Below are positions 38,239 through 51,829 of a stretch of 64,000 bases of DNA, in pieces. Made by a program: the position numbers and the translations under genes. Position 1 is the stretch's first letter; each line of letters starts with the position of its first letter. This stretch comes from Octopus sinensis (taxonomy: Eukaryota). Location: NCBI RefSeq assembly GCF_006345805.1, contig NC_043018.1, positions 27,962,001 to 28,026,000 on the forward strand, in the 5' to 3' direction. The notes beneath the pieces were generated by a model. The model was not told the DNA's origin. It made no database searches and worked only from the letters and a program-made list of their open reading frames with translations.

Positions 38239-38705
38239 CAAAGTGACACTGGGGTAAAATATACGAAACCCAGTATACCCATCATGACTGATAAGGGTAC
38301 ACCAAGCACATGCATCACAACCATGTGTGCGCGACATGGTGATCTCATATCACGATAAACAGCACATGAATTTTCTTCAGCTTGAGTAGCCCATCCCACT
38401 CAAAAGGTCCCTGAATAAGGGTTGTTTAAGGATGTTGAAAAAACCACCCCAATTTCCAGAGGTGAATTATTCAAACCCCTAAGAATCCCTCTCAACACAT
38501 GGCCATGATGCTCCCCCAATACTTCTGCTCGTGCTCAGAGGTGCACATATCATCAGCCACAAAGGGATATGCTCAACTGGTTAAGGTCAAACAACTGACA
38601 AGCAAATCTGTGGTATTGAGCAGAATATTTGCTGTAGCCCATCTTTTATACCAAGACAAAACAATGTACATGATAACACTTCCAATCAGTTAAGATCAGA
38701 AGCCA
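38238..38705 (-). mobile_element. Family D repeat next to an (AAT)n/(TTA)n array (38122-38237)
   Basis: Homology to 21788-22310. Confidence 0.82.
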
Positions 38706-39090
38706 AATTTTCACTCATTCATACTATCGATCTACATCTACTTATGTGTTACGAAACTAATGGCGTAGAATATTATTATACATATATGCTAGATAATAAT
38801 GAAATAATGAAATTTGAAGGTGAATTTCAGGAACATGCGCACTAAGCTACGTAGATAAATACTAGATACTTTTTACAAATGTTACCCCAACGACGGAAAT
38901 GGAGCGATATCTCATTACACTTACCAGAACGGAATTCATTTTGAAAAAACAAATACCGATTGCAATAAAGATGTACGTGTATAGATATAACGTGTATATA
39001 TAATACATATATATATATTACATATACAGATATATCTGTGTGAGTATGTATGTATGTATGTATATACACACACAAACACACACACACACA

Positions 39091-39128
<38 letters not shown>

Positions 39129-39161
39129 ACACACATATATATATATATATATTATATATAT

Positions 39162-39313
39162 AGGCGCAGGAGTGGCTGTGTGGTGAGTAGCGTGCTTCCC
39201 AACCGCATGGTTCCGAGTTCAGTCCCTTGGGCAAGTGTCTTCTACTGTAACTTCGGACCGACCAAAGCCTTGGGAGTAGATTTGGTAGACAGAAACTGAA
39301 AGAAGCCCGTCGT
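39162..39313 (+). mobile_element. SINE C 5' half ending in microsatellite
   Basis: GGCGCAGGAGTGGCTGTGTGG..GGTTCCGAGTTCAGTCCC..GAAAGAAGCCCGTCG-(TA). Confidence 0.85.
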
Positions 39314-39546
39314 ATATATACACATACATACATACATACATACATACATACATACATACATACATACATACATGCATACATACATATATATATAAATATA
39401 TATATATATATGTATGTTTGTATGTATATATGTATGTATGTAAAAAAAAATATACATATAGATATATATATATAATATATATATGCATACATGCCCATAT
39501 ATTTATATATGTTGTATACATGTATATGATTATACAAATACATACA

Positions 39547-39579
<33 letters not shown>

Positions 39580-40082
39580 CACATATGTATGTAAATATTT
39601 ATTCGTGTCTGTGTGTAAATACATATACATAATTAAAAGAGAACAGTAAAGATAATGTGAATATATTTTGTAATCCAAGGCAGAAAAATATTACGTAGAA
39701 AGCATCAACCGCTGCAAAATGTCTGGATAAGAAGTTAAAGATTGATTGGTTGAACATCTTATCTTTAAATTTGTCTTTCTTTCAGACTGAAGAAAATATC
39801 GCTCTTTATGATCTGTTTTACTTATTTTTCTTTCATTTTGTTCTCATTTCCGCCTACTTTTCTTGAAGAAGATTAGAAGATAAAAATAAAGAACAGTAAC
39901 GAAAAGAAAACAGAACAAAAAAAAAATGGATAAAAATGACAGAAGTTAAAATGCAGAAATTTTTAACTGCAATAATTGCTTATGTTTTGATGTTTTTTCA
40001 GATGAGCAAGGGTAGTACTTATGGCGGTTTTGTTTTTAAGGCCTCCGTGGCGGATGGAAGAAAGAAAAGACAACAACGAATG

Positions 40083-40084
40083 AT

Positions 40085-40120
<36 letters not shown>

Positions 40121-40122
40121 AG

Positions 40123-40192
<70 letters not shown>
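40083..40192. repeat. (AGT)n microsatellite
   Basis: Direct reading. Confidence 0.97.
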
Positions 40193-40193
<1 letters not shown>

Positions 40194-40274
40194 TGTTTTT
40201 GTTGTTTGCCCAAGGCCACTGATAAAAGCCGTCCCTTTCTCGTTTATTTATTTACTTTATTTAGTTATGTATAT

Positions 40275-40475
40275 ATTCTTTTATTCTTTCGCTTCTTTCA
40301 GTCCTTAGACTGCAACCATGCTGAAGCACGGCTTTGAAAAATTGAAATCGAAGTCGAGCGAATCGACCTTCGACACTTGTTTTTTTAAGCCTGCTACGTA
40401 TGATATCAGTCACTATGTGCCGAATCGATAACTTGCGGGGACATAAACACACCAACACTGGTCGTCAAGCGGTAG
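40275..40475 (-). mobile_element. Degenerate SINE C 3' half
   Basis: GACTGCAACCATGCTGAAGCAC..GGGGACATAAACACACCAACAC. Confidence 0.7.
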
Positions 40476-40487
40476 TGACGTACAAGT

Positions 40488-40683
40488 GGCGGCGAACTGG
40501 CAGAAACGTTAGCACGCCGGGCAAAATGCGTAGCTGTATTTCGTCTGCCGCTACGTTGTGAGTTCAAATTCCGCCGAGGTCGACTTTGCCTTTCATCCTT
40601 TCGGGGTCGATTAAATAAGTACCAGTTACGCACTGGGGTCCATGTAATCGACTTAAAACCTATGTCTGTTCTTGTTTGTCCCC
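40488..40683 (+). mobile_element. SINE A
   Basis: GGCGGCGAACTGGCAGAAACGTTAGCACGCCGGG..GAGTTCAAATTCCGCCGAGG. Confidence 0.9.
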
Positions 40684-41124
40684 TAATTGTTATTGTCTGA
40701 AATTTTGGTGTAATTTGAGAGGATAATACAAAAGTTATGGATGATTTAGTGATTTACTGCAAAACCCATGGCGGCCAAAATGATCAGAACGGTTGAAAAA
40801 ATAACAAAATAATCAAAAATGTTTAGTAAACGAACCATCACGTAAACAAATCAAAACATTAGAGTTCACCGGTTAAATATACTAAAACACGGAGTAAAAG
40901 CAACCGTTCTGATCATTTTGGCCGCCATGGGTTTTGCAGTAAATCACTAAATCATCCATAACTTTTGTATTATCCTCTCAAATTACACCAAAATCTTAGA
41001 CAATAACAATTAATATTGTATTTATTGTCTGTGAAAATTATAGAATATAAAACAACTTTGATAAAAACTGATACCTACATTTCTGGCGAAAACAATGCCG
41101 TTCTGAACATTTTGGCCGCAACTG
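40684..41124. mobile_element. Non-autonomous Tc1-like IR/DR remnant
   Basis: 112-bp inverted arms (40684-40795, 40901-41012); right end reads TA|CAGTTGCGGCCAAAATGTTCAGAACGG on minus; inner repeat GGCGGCCAAAATGATCAGAACGG. Confidence 0.72.
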
Positions 41125-41558
41125 TATATGTGTATATATATATATGTATATATATATATACAAATTGAGACAGGGGTTGTAAATGCAACCCTCTATAAGA
41201 TAACGTATATCCAATATACTGCCAGTGAAGTACCCAACAAAGTTAATACATAGATGTTAATGATTGCGATGCAATCAATTCATTTACTGTATTATATGGG
41301 CAAAGGTAAAATGATTTACCACAAATTACTAATACAAGATAAGAAAAAAGAATTTCTTTTTTATGTATATTCTAATTATTATACAACATTACTCTTTTAT
41401 GTACACTTTTTTATGTACATCCCGTTATGTACACTGATTTGTTCTGCTTTTTATATTTAACCCTACAGTCTCTTATCTGGTGGTTTAATAAAGTATGTGA
41501 TTGAGTATTATCTGGTAATTGATATTTGATTTTGATGTATTTCTCCATTTTCTTATCT

Positions 41559-41592
<34 letters not shown>

Positions 41593-41690
41593 TTAATCCA
41601 AACAAGAAAACACAAAAAAAACACAGCAACGCGAGGACGTGGAACAAATAAAGTATTAATTGACGCTCAGGAAAGAAGGGAAGAAGGAGG

Positions 41691-41725
41691 GTTTAACGTT
41701 TCGAGCGGAGCTCTTCGTCGGAAAC
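41691..41725 (-). ncRNA. Minimal 35-nt type I hammerhead (C4, extra A after A9)
   Basis: GTTT CCGACGA A GAGC tcc GCTC GAA ACGT T AAAC; related copies at 58299 and 59224. Confidence 0.6.
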
Positions 41726-41792
41726 ATAGGAGAAGGAAATATCCCGAGAAGGGAAGTCAGAGGGAAAAAAATCGCTGGCGGTGCTCACGAGG

Positions 41793-41833
<41 letters not shown>

Positions 41834-41854
41834 TGTGTGTGTGAGTGTCTTTGT

Positions 41855-42185
41855 GTCTGCGTTTGGTCTCATCAATAATTGGCAACCGGTATTGGTGTGT
41901 TTACAACCCCGTAGCACCAGCAGTTCAGCAACAGAGACCGATAAAATAAGTACCGGGCTTGAAAATAAAATAAGTACTGTCGGCGATTGTTCGAATAAAA
42001 TTTCTCCACACACAGACATACACACACAAACACACACTACAAGTTTCACAGTTTTCCTCTACCAATTTAACTCTCGTGCCATCGGTTGACTTTGGGCTAC
42101 AATAGAACACAATTGCTTTAGGTGCTGTACAACAGGACCGAAACCGAAATCCTCGTTTGCAAAGCAAGCTTCCTAACCACGCAGC
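41855..42185. mobile_element. Two SINE C fragments in opposite orientation
   Basis: 3' part on + (~41860-42000), 5' part on - (~42040-42185). Confidence 0.6.
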
Positions 42186-42786
42186 AAGCCTTGTTTCTAT
42201 ATAAAGAATATTTAAGTATTCTTCATAGGGAGATCTAAGCTTCTTGTTCTCTCAGAAACGCTAACTAGTGTAGATGTTCCTGATAAGACTTCAGATTCTG
42301 TTCGGAAGTAAACGAGCGGTTCACTGTTGTCTCCGTAGCTAAAGAGACAGTGAGAGAGACAGAGAGAGGGAAGAGAGACATCGGCCCCATGGTGTAGCTA
42401 TAGAATCTCCCATCATGCTCACAATGGATGGATATTTATCATGATTGTACACCTACATGCATTTATTAAGATGAAATTTTTCATAAACAAGAAAAGTAGA
42501 AAAACTGTACATACATTATACATACCTACACAGAAACCCACTCACACACATATGTATGTTTATATATATATAAATTCATACCAAGGCACTTCATCGTTAA
42601 CATGGTATTAGTAACCCGCAACAGAGGGCTGACCACTGGTGTTTTCCAGCTCAGCCAATTATACGGGCAACTAAAAGATGTGTCATTTTCGTCCAAGAAT
42701 CTCTCTGTGCAGTTGTGCCAACTTCATCACGTGCCTGTGCTTGGTGGACCAACGCATTCTGAGAAACACTTCCAGTTAAAATTAGC

Positions 42787-42839
<53 letters not shown>

Positions 42840-42872
42840 CTATCTATCTATCTATCTGTCATCTATCGTCTG

Positions 42873-42924
<52 letters not shown>

Positions 42925-42929
42925 ATCTC

Positions 42930-43008
<79 letters not shown>

Positions 43009-43084
43009 GTCAATCTAGCAAGCTAACTACGTTGATAGCGAGATTAACTATCTCTTGAATATAGGTTCATCAAATGGCGACGGG

Positions 43085-43300
43085 CTTGTTACAACACGGG
43101 GCAAAATGCTTAGCGGCATATCGTCTGTCATTACGTCCTACGATGAAATGCCGCCGGCCGGGGTCGACTTTGCTTCTCATCCCTTCGGTTTCTAAAACAG
43201 CAACAACAACAGAAAGAACCTATTGAACACAGCGGTCGATACAGTCCATTTAACCCCACCCTTGAAAAAGCTGGTATCGTACCAAAATTTGAAAGCAATA
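43085..43300 (+). mobile_element. Degenerate SINE A fragments
   Basis: GGGCAAAATGCTTAGCGGCATATCGTCTG..GGTCGACTTTGC. Confidence 0.65.
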
Positions 43301-43860
43301 TACATTTATTATATGAACAAAAACGAAAGTAGAAAACGAAACCACATTGTCAACATTTGCTTCCATTTTTTATTCCTTAGCGTTTTTTTTTTTTTTTTAC
43401 AGAAACTCAGTTGAAAACCTAAAGTCTAACAAGAGTACAAGTAAGCGTTGTGTGCCGGTCTGTCTGTCTATAGAGGCGGGAACCAAACAATATCATATGG
43501 CATATTCTCCAATCCATCAAATAATGCTTTTTTTTTTAAAAAAATTCTCCCTTATATATTGGAACAAAACATCATCATAATCATCATAATCAGCAATAAC
43601 AGTAAAAAAACCCAAAAAACTATGCCACATGTAACAAAAGAAGCAATGAAAACTATATAAAAACTACAACAAAAAACTCTATGTCAGTAAATGGATAGAA
43701 AACTCTGAAATAAAGTAAATGTTTTTTTCTAAAAAAAATTACAATTTACTCTCATATTTTATATTTAGATACAGAGAATAGCTGAAGAAATCGAATAAAA
43801 ATAATTGAGGAACTCGATATATATATGTATAGATATATATGTTGTATATATATTTATATA

Positions 43861-43923
<63 letters not shown>

Positions 43924-44086
43924 TATATAGATGTACATATATATGTACATATATATATATATATGTGTGTATGTGTGTGTGTGTATGTGTGGTGTGTTAT
44001 TTAAATGTATTTGCATGTACATTTAAATGTATTCAAATCTATATTATTTTAAATCAATATAGAAACTATAAATATATATCCATCAG

Positions 44087-44132
<46 letters not shown>

Positions 44133-44136
44133 ATCT

Positions 44137-44216
<80 letters not shown>

Positions 44217-44964
44217 ATATATTATATTGTAATATTTTGTATTTATTTGTTCACGTGTTTGCCTCTACTTAGGTGTGAGTGTGTGTGTGTGTGTGTGTGT
44301 CTGCATATCAGAAAAATGTTTGTTCTTTTATTCAGATATTATTCCGATACATACGTACATATTATTTTCTAAACCAAACGAAATACCTACAAACATTTAA
44401 ATAAAGAACGGATTAAAGAAATATATAAAGACATGTTCAATCGTAGCTGACTGCAAGTGAACGGCGAATAATATGCACTCTCACTAGACCTGTCCAAACT
44501 AATTTTCACTGCTTACTTCAATTTGGAAACCAAGTGTATCTTGAAGGTGCTTTTCGATACGACTTATACATATTCCACCCTCCCCCTCTGTCTCTTTCTC
44601 TCTCTGTCTATTCCTCTCACTTTCTCTGTCTCTCTGTCTCTCTCTCACTTTCTCTCTCTTTGTCTCTATCTCTCATCTTTTTTCTTTCCTCTACTTTTCA
44701 CTCTATCACTACGTATCTCACTCTCTTTGTTCCCCACTTTTTACCGCCAACCAAATATATCATTCTTCCATTCATTCTTTCTTTTCTTTTTTCTTTCTTT
44801 CTTCATTTATTTCTTTCTTTTCCTCCTCCTCCTCTGCCTCCATTTCATATTTCTGTTACTTTTCCTCTCGTTTATCATCATCATCATCATCATCATCTTC
44901 TTCTTCTTCTTCTTTTTGTGAGTGTGCATAGATCTGTGTATATCTTTGTTTATATTTAACGTTC

Positions 44965-45214
44965 ACCACCACTAAACAAACGGTGTTAGTTTGTTTATGT
45001 CCCTGTAAGTTAGCAGATCTGCCACAGTAACCGACGGAATAAGTATATATGTTAACACAAGTGGTAGAGTTGATTTGTTCGATTAAACACTTCTAGACGG
45101 TGCCTCTGAATGACCGCTGTCCAATGATTCAAGTAAAAACCAAATATCTATCTAACTATATAACAATCAATCACTCACTCACTCAATCAGACAGTCTACC
45201 AATTAATCAATACA

Positions 45215-45265
<51 letters not shown>

Positions 45266-45278
45266 CTATCTGTATGTG

Positions 45279-45355
<77 letters not shown>

Positions 45356-45712
45356 CATGCACAAATGCATATACATCACTGTGATCACCGTGATCGACCA
45401 GGCTATCAGATGTTGTTACACATCGCTGGTCACAGTGCGCTTCGCGTTGCTTTAGCCTCCAAATGACGCCACCCCGCTGGCTAGGCGATCAGGCCAACAG
45501 AAGAAGAAAGAGTGAGAGAAAGTTGTGGCGAAAGAGTGCAGCAGGGATCGCCCCCCCCCTGCCGGAGCCGCGTGGAGCTTTAGGTGTTTTTCGTCTCCAC
45601 ACATATACATACATGTGCATATCTATAAAATAAGTACCAGTTGAATACTGGGGTCGATGTATTCGACTCATCCCGTCCCCGACATTGCTGACCTTGTGTC
45701 AGAATTTGAAAC
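44965..45712. mobile_element. SINE cluster: C-like 3' part (+, ~44965-45140), family B (-, 45385-45605), family A 3' part (+, 45625-45712)
   Basis: Homology to other copies in the window. Confidence 0.7.
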
Positions 45713-46433
45713 TATTATATAAGTTATCTATTATCCTCGTTCTGTCTCTATAACATCCATACGTATATATCTATACACATATATAAACTTACACATCTGT
45801 ATATATTTCTTAACGTATCACGTTAGTTCACACCAAAATATCAACGATATATGCACCTGAAACTTTTGTTCGCACATACAGTACGAATTATACACAACGC
45901 AACTCTCCAAACAAACACACATCTATACAACCGTACACTACATCACAAATTGCATACACACACATACACGCGTGCACGCGAACACACACACACGCAGACA
46001 TATACGCACACCATGAAATGCACGCAAGCACAGAAATGAATCTAAAATATATAGAAACAAGTACAAGGACAAACACACACACAAAAACTATACAAAACAG
46101 ATACAAATACAAACGCATAAAAAACATACATTTACGTAAACAAAACGCACAAAAACCTCTACAAACACGCGCTTCCATCCGACCACCACTGGCATCTCCA
46201 AACCACCCAAATACACCGACGTGGTAGAAAGGCAAACGTACACATGGTTAAATAGAATATATGCCCCCCTCTCTCTCTTTCTCTCTCCTCTCTCTCTATC
46301 TATCTATCTATCTATCTATCTATCAATCTGTCTGTCTATCTATCTATCTATCTGTCTATCTATCTACACACAAAAACACACACACATATATAGATATATA
46401 GATATAGATATATATACATATATAGATATATAG

Positions 46434-46563
<130 letters not shown>

Positions 46564-47439
46564 TATATGTATGTATATGGGCGTGTATTTCAATCAAGGC
46601 TGACATAGAAAGAACGTCAACAGAAAGGAAAAAAAATAAATCGTATTTAATAAAATAATGACAAATGACAAACAGATACAAGGCGGAAGTAAAACGGTAA
46701 GTCTAGCTAAAGATTGGAAACAAGGAATGAGTTTCATGGTAGAAAAGAGAAATATATGTTATGTGGTGTGAGGGAAGATGGTAAAAAAATTGAAATTGAG
46801 GAGAAAAAATGGTGAATTCTCTGGTAGCATCACTGAAGAAATAACTATTCATGCACATTCGTACCTGTGCGAGGTTTCGTTTTTTCATTTCGTGTTTTTT
46901 TTATATATATAAAAACACAAACCTTATTTATCATTGAAGATCGCTTTATACTTTAATACCTACCTACCAACCAATATATATATATATATATCCATATATG
47001 CATGAATATATGTGCGTATAAACGTATATGCGAGTACATATCTATGTCGAAAATATATGATATATATATACACATACACACGAACAAATATACACACACA
47101 TACACATACGAACATGTGTAGGTGCGCGTGTTCATGTGTGTATGTGTGTGGTGTGTACACATTACTGAATAGTTCTAGAAGCAGAGATAAATATATTAAT
47201 TTATATATGCATTAGATGTTTATTTATATATTTGGTTAATTCTGAAGAGATCAACAATAATTTGAACCGATTTCCTGTAAAGTTATCTACAAATAAATAT
47301 ATAATTGAAATATATATTTACGATGGGTGTATACATACATACATCCATCCATCTATCCATCCATCAATACATACATACATACGTACGTACGTACATGTAT
47401 ATATATATATTATTTTATATTATTCTTTTACTTTTTTTC

Positions 47440-47590
47440 AGTTATTTGACTGCTGCGTTGCTGGAGCACCGCCTTTAGTCGAACAAATCGACCCCAGGAC
47501 TTATTCTTTGTAAGCCTAGTACTTATTCTATCGGTGTCTTTTGCTGAACCGTTCAGTTACGGGGACATAAACACACTAACATCGTTTGTC
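47440..47590 (-). mobile_element. SINE C 3' half
   Basis: TGCTGGAGCACCGCCTTTAGTCGAACAAATCGACCCCAGGACTTATTC. Confidence 0.85.
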
Positions 47591-47689
47591 AAGTTTTCAA
47601 ATCAAGTGGCAACATTATAGAGAAGGTAGATATACAGACAAAGATGTAGATTTAAATTAATATAATGTTGCCACTTGATTTGAAAACTT
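47591..47689. repeat. Perfect 29-bp inverted repeat with 41-nt spacer
   Basis: AAGTTTTCAAATCAAGTGGCAACATTATA / TATAATGTTGCCACTTGATTTGAAAACTT. Confidence 0.95.
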
Positions 47690-48421
47690 TTGAATTAATG
47701 GAAAACCTCTATAATTGGCTGATGAGTACTCAGCATCTTTAATCTGTTGTAATACTTACAACATTTAATAAAATGTTGTAGTACCAAATTACCGGAGTCA
47801 TTCTTGTTGCTTATTTTGATTATAATCACCCCACAAATTTTTATGGATAACACCATACAAAATTCTGGTGCATCTAAACTAAGTACCATATTCATTCGAA
47901 TCTAAAGTTTTGCTGAACTTATATATATATATATATATATATATAAATGTTCGAACAGAAAAATACAAGGAGAAAAAGTTAGATGAAAGAAAGACAAACG
48001 GAAAAGTAGACTAAAACTTGGCGGATGGGATATTTAGACAAAGATACGATACACGGAATATTCGCAGCTGAGTTTTTCTCGTCAGTCAATAACGTGAAAT
48101 ATCATAGTAGTTTCGAGCCATTATACACACGCACACACATATATGAGATGGAATGGAACAACAATTCATAATGGACTATAATAAGTGTTATAAAATAATT
48201 CAATGTTTCATAGTCTAATATATTTTGGAATATAAAAATTCCTTCTTCAGATATTGCTAGGAAGTAATGGAGTTACCGTTATAATCGGTTTTCCGACGGT
48301 TACTGAAGTCGAAAGCATCCTTGTGGTGGTCTCACGAAGCACCTTTCGGAATTCCTTACGCGGAGCGCATGAGGGTGGTCATGTCTCACGCTAGTGTATT
48401 GGCATATCCGCAGCGCTGAAG

Positions 48422-48652
48422 TCGGCGAGCTGGCAGAATCGTTAGCACGCCGGGCGAAATGCTTAGCGGTATTTAGTCTGCCGTTACGTTCTGAGTTCAA
48501 ATTCCGCCGAGGTCGACTTTGCCTTTCATCCTTTCGGGGTCGATAAATTATATACCAGTTACGCACTGGGATCGATGTAATCGACTTAATCCCTTTGTCT
48601 GTCGTTGTTTGTCCCCTCTATGTTTAGCACCTTGTGGGTAATAAAAAAAACA
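48422..48652 (+). mobile_element. SINE A, full length, with 15-bp TSD
   Basis: ATATCCGCAG(C/G)GCTG at 48404-48418 and 48653-48667. Confidence 0.9.
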
Positions 48653-48949
48653 ATATCCGCAGGGCTGCTTCCAAGTTATGTGTTATAAGACCATTTTTTT
48701 TTCGATATAATTTTTTTGTAACCTAAGCATGGTAGGTGCAAGATGTCGATTTTGTTCAATGATATAGTGATTGTTAATTTCCAACCTGTTGGAATACACA
48801 ACCGAAAGAGGTAAAGTGGTATCATGCTATCATGATACGTGAATAAGCATATTTATAAGATAAACCATATATCGGTTGTGTAATATTTTTCTCTCACTGG
48901 ATGGAATGGTTCATTGTCGATTCTACCTTTATTAGATCTTTAAACTATA

Positions 48950-49311
48950 CTAACACTATGACCCGGCAACGCCGGGTCATAGTGCTAGTGCATGCATATA
49001 CAGCTGCGTGCGCACATACACGCGAGTACTGTCCAAATCTCCGACCAATCACATGCAGCTAGCTGGCATTCAATTGGCGTATCAAGTTTCGGGCATTTTG
49101 ATTGGGTTTTGGATAGAAAATTCACAAAAAGTCACTTCTATTGATTTTTTAATGGCTTTGCGGGGTGACTGGAGAAATGTAAAGATGTGCACGACCACTC
49201 TTGAACAGTTTTAAATGACCATAGAAAGTGCGAGCTCGCAAACTGAAAATTGTGGATTTGTATGAAGGACACACACACAGACAGACATTTTGCCGTTTAT
49301 ATACATAGAGA
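48950..49311 (-). mobile_element. Non-autonomous Helitron-like element, second copy
   Basis: Reverse complement of 8197-8563; perfect hairpin CACTATGACCCGGC..GCCGGGTCATAGTG; ends TTAG|T. Confidence 0.8.
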
Positions 49312-49643
49312 TACTTTAAGGTATGGATGAATTAAGTTTAGTTTTAACCTCCCTGTTCTTATAAATACCAAGTGGCTACTTAACTCACTTTCTTATCGCG
49401 GATGCATGTATGAGTGAGTGTATACGCGTAATGCAGTTTGCGCGAAGGCGTTTATAAATCCCTATTTGTTAACGGTTATTTTTAATACTTTTCTCGCTGC
49501 ATTGCGTGTTCGTTTTTATTTTTTTTCATCTGTGATTTTATTTTCTATCACTGTCAATGAAGATATTTCCTTCGTTTCGTTGCTTTTCTTTCAACGAAAA
49601 GAGAAGATACACTGTTGAACTGTTATTTTAAAGTGTTGTGTCT

Positions 49644-49757
49644 ATTTATCACCCGATGAGACACATCTACACCGCCAGATGCTCCCTAACCAGTCGTTGA
49701 GTGTCCCACCCGTGAGGGAACGATGCTAGATGTGTCGAAACAATTGTCGCGATTAAT
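49644..49757 (+). ncRNA. Type I hammerhead with long stem II (C4 core)
   Basis: ATTTATCAC CCGATGA GACACATCTA..TAGATGTGTC GAAAC AATT GTC GCGATTAAT; 10-bp perfect stem II; ACAATTGT palindrome; GUC triplet. Confidence 0.8.
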
Positions 49758-50419
49758 AATAAGTTCTCGTATATTCCATCTTCTGCCTTTCATTTACCAT
49801 ATGTGTGTGTGTGTGTGCGTGCGTGTGGTGTTTGTTTGTTTGTTTGTGTGTGTGTGTGTGTGGTGTGTGTGTGTGTGTGTGTATGTGTGTAAGTGTGGGT
49901 ATAAACAAGCACATACACATATTCATATACAAACCGACGGAAAGTCTGTTTTGAGGCATTTGCTCTATTATATGAGTTTACATTCCGAAGACAGAAATGC
50001 TATCCTTCTTCGGACAATGCCGGGATGTGCTATGGTGGAACATGACCAACAGGGGCCCCGAGAAATCTCTGCAATCGACCAGGTTGTCTATGGTCAAAAC
50101 ACATGTGTGACAGTGACGTAGATGTCTGAAACGCCAAACACTGCGGTGAGGGACAAGTGTGGCTCTTGTCCCACACTCGTAAAACATTAGCATATGCACC
50201 CAGGGTAACAGAAAGTTTGAACGAATTCTCAGCGACAGCGAATATCCGACGACAACTCTACACTTACCCACGTACAGCCCCATGTATGTGTATGTGTGTG
50301 TATAAATACATGTGTGTATAAATATATATATATTCATATACATATACACACATATATACAGATATATATATATATATTTGTTTGTATATATATATGTATA
50401 CAAACATACATATATTTGC

Positions 50420-50700
50420 ATACGTGTATGTGTGTGTGTCTGTATGTATGTGTGTGTGCCTGTATGTGTGTGTGTCTGTATGTATGTGTGTGTGCCTGTA
50501 TGTATGTGTGTGTGGCTGTATGTATGTGTGTGTGTCTGTATGTATGTGTATGTGTCTGTATGTATGTGTGGGTGTGTCTGTATGTGTATATGTGTGTGTG
50601 TGTCTGTATGTGTTTGTGTTTGTATGTATGTGTGCCTGTATGTATGTGTGTATGTCTGTATGTATGTGTGTGTGTCTGTATGTATGTGTGTGTGTGGTGT
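50420..50700. repeat. ~20-bp minisatellite (TGTGTCTGTATGTATGTGTG)n
   Basis: Direct reading. Confidence 0.9.
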
Positions 50701-51106
50701 AAGCTTATGTATATTTGTAATTATGTTTGCATATGTTTTGTGGTGAACATAATAGCTGCTAGATTCTATTAGCTGTTATCAGTTGTTGGCTTATCAGATA
50801 ATGGTCATATAGTTTGTGTGTTTTGTGTATGTGTAAGCAAGTGTGTGTCTGTGTGTGTGGTGTGTGTGTGTGTTCGTGTGTATTTCTCTGTGTGTTTCTG
50901 TGTAATCTATATCTGCCTGCATGTATATAGGTTAATCATGTAAAGAGGAGACAGAGAGATTGTCTTGCGTTGATTAAATCGGTGGGAAATCATTCGTTGA
51001 CGTCAGACGGTCACCCTACGACATAGAAACTCTCTTACTTTTCTGACTCCTATCCGTCGTCATTCTCTCTTTCTATTTAGTCCATATCATCCGCATCCAT
51101 CCCTCC

Positions 51107-51164
<58 letters not shown>

Positions 51165-51270
51165 ATTATCTATATATCTATCTATCTATCTATCTATCTG
51201 TCTGTCTGTCGTCTGTCTGTCTATCTGTCTGTCTATTGTCGTCTGTCTGTCTGTCTGTGTGTGTTGTCTG

Positions 51271-51317
<47 letters not shown>

Positions 51318-51338
51318 GTCTGTCTGTCTGTCTGTCTG

Positions 51339-51375
<37 letters not shown>

Positions 51376-51602
51376 TCTAATCTATCTATCTATCTATCTA
51401 TCTATTATCCATCCATGTGAATCTTATCAATTGATTCATCTACTAATCTAACCAGCTATTTTTCACTTATTACCCCAAACGCAAAAGGGACACGGAATTT
51501 CTATCTGTGAATGTTTGTGTATGTGTGTATGTATGTATATGTATAAATATATATATACGTATATTTTATATGTATGCATGTACATATGGATGTATGTGTC
51601 CT

Positions 51603-51635
<33 letters not shown>

Positions 51636-51798
51636 TTTGTGAATTTTTTGGACACAACCAAGAATGGATAATTACATGTCTTTAATTCAGTTTACATCAT
51701 ATAAAACGCTGATATATATGCATATATAATTTAAATCTCTTAAAGTAAGGAGAGAGAAAGAAGAGAGAGGGTGAGATAGAGACAGACGGACAGATAGT

Positions 51799-51829
<31 letters not shown>

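Noticed and set aside
38925-38939. AAAATG-MNSVL followed by a perfect G|GTAAGT on minus (possible first coding exon)
   Set aside because: GGTAAGT occurs several times in the window, about as often as expected by chance; no other support
47715-47735. CTGATGAGTACTC
   Set aside because: No downstream GAAA and no stem I
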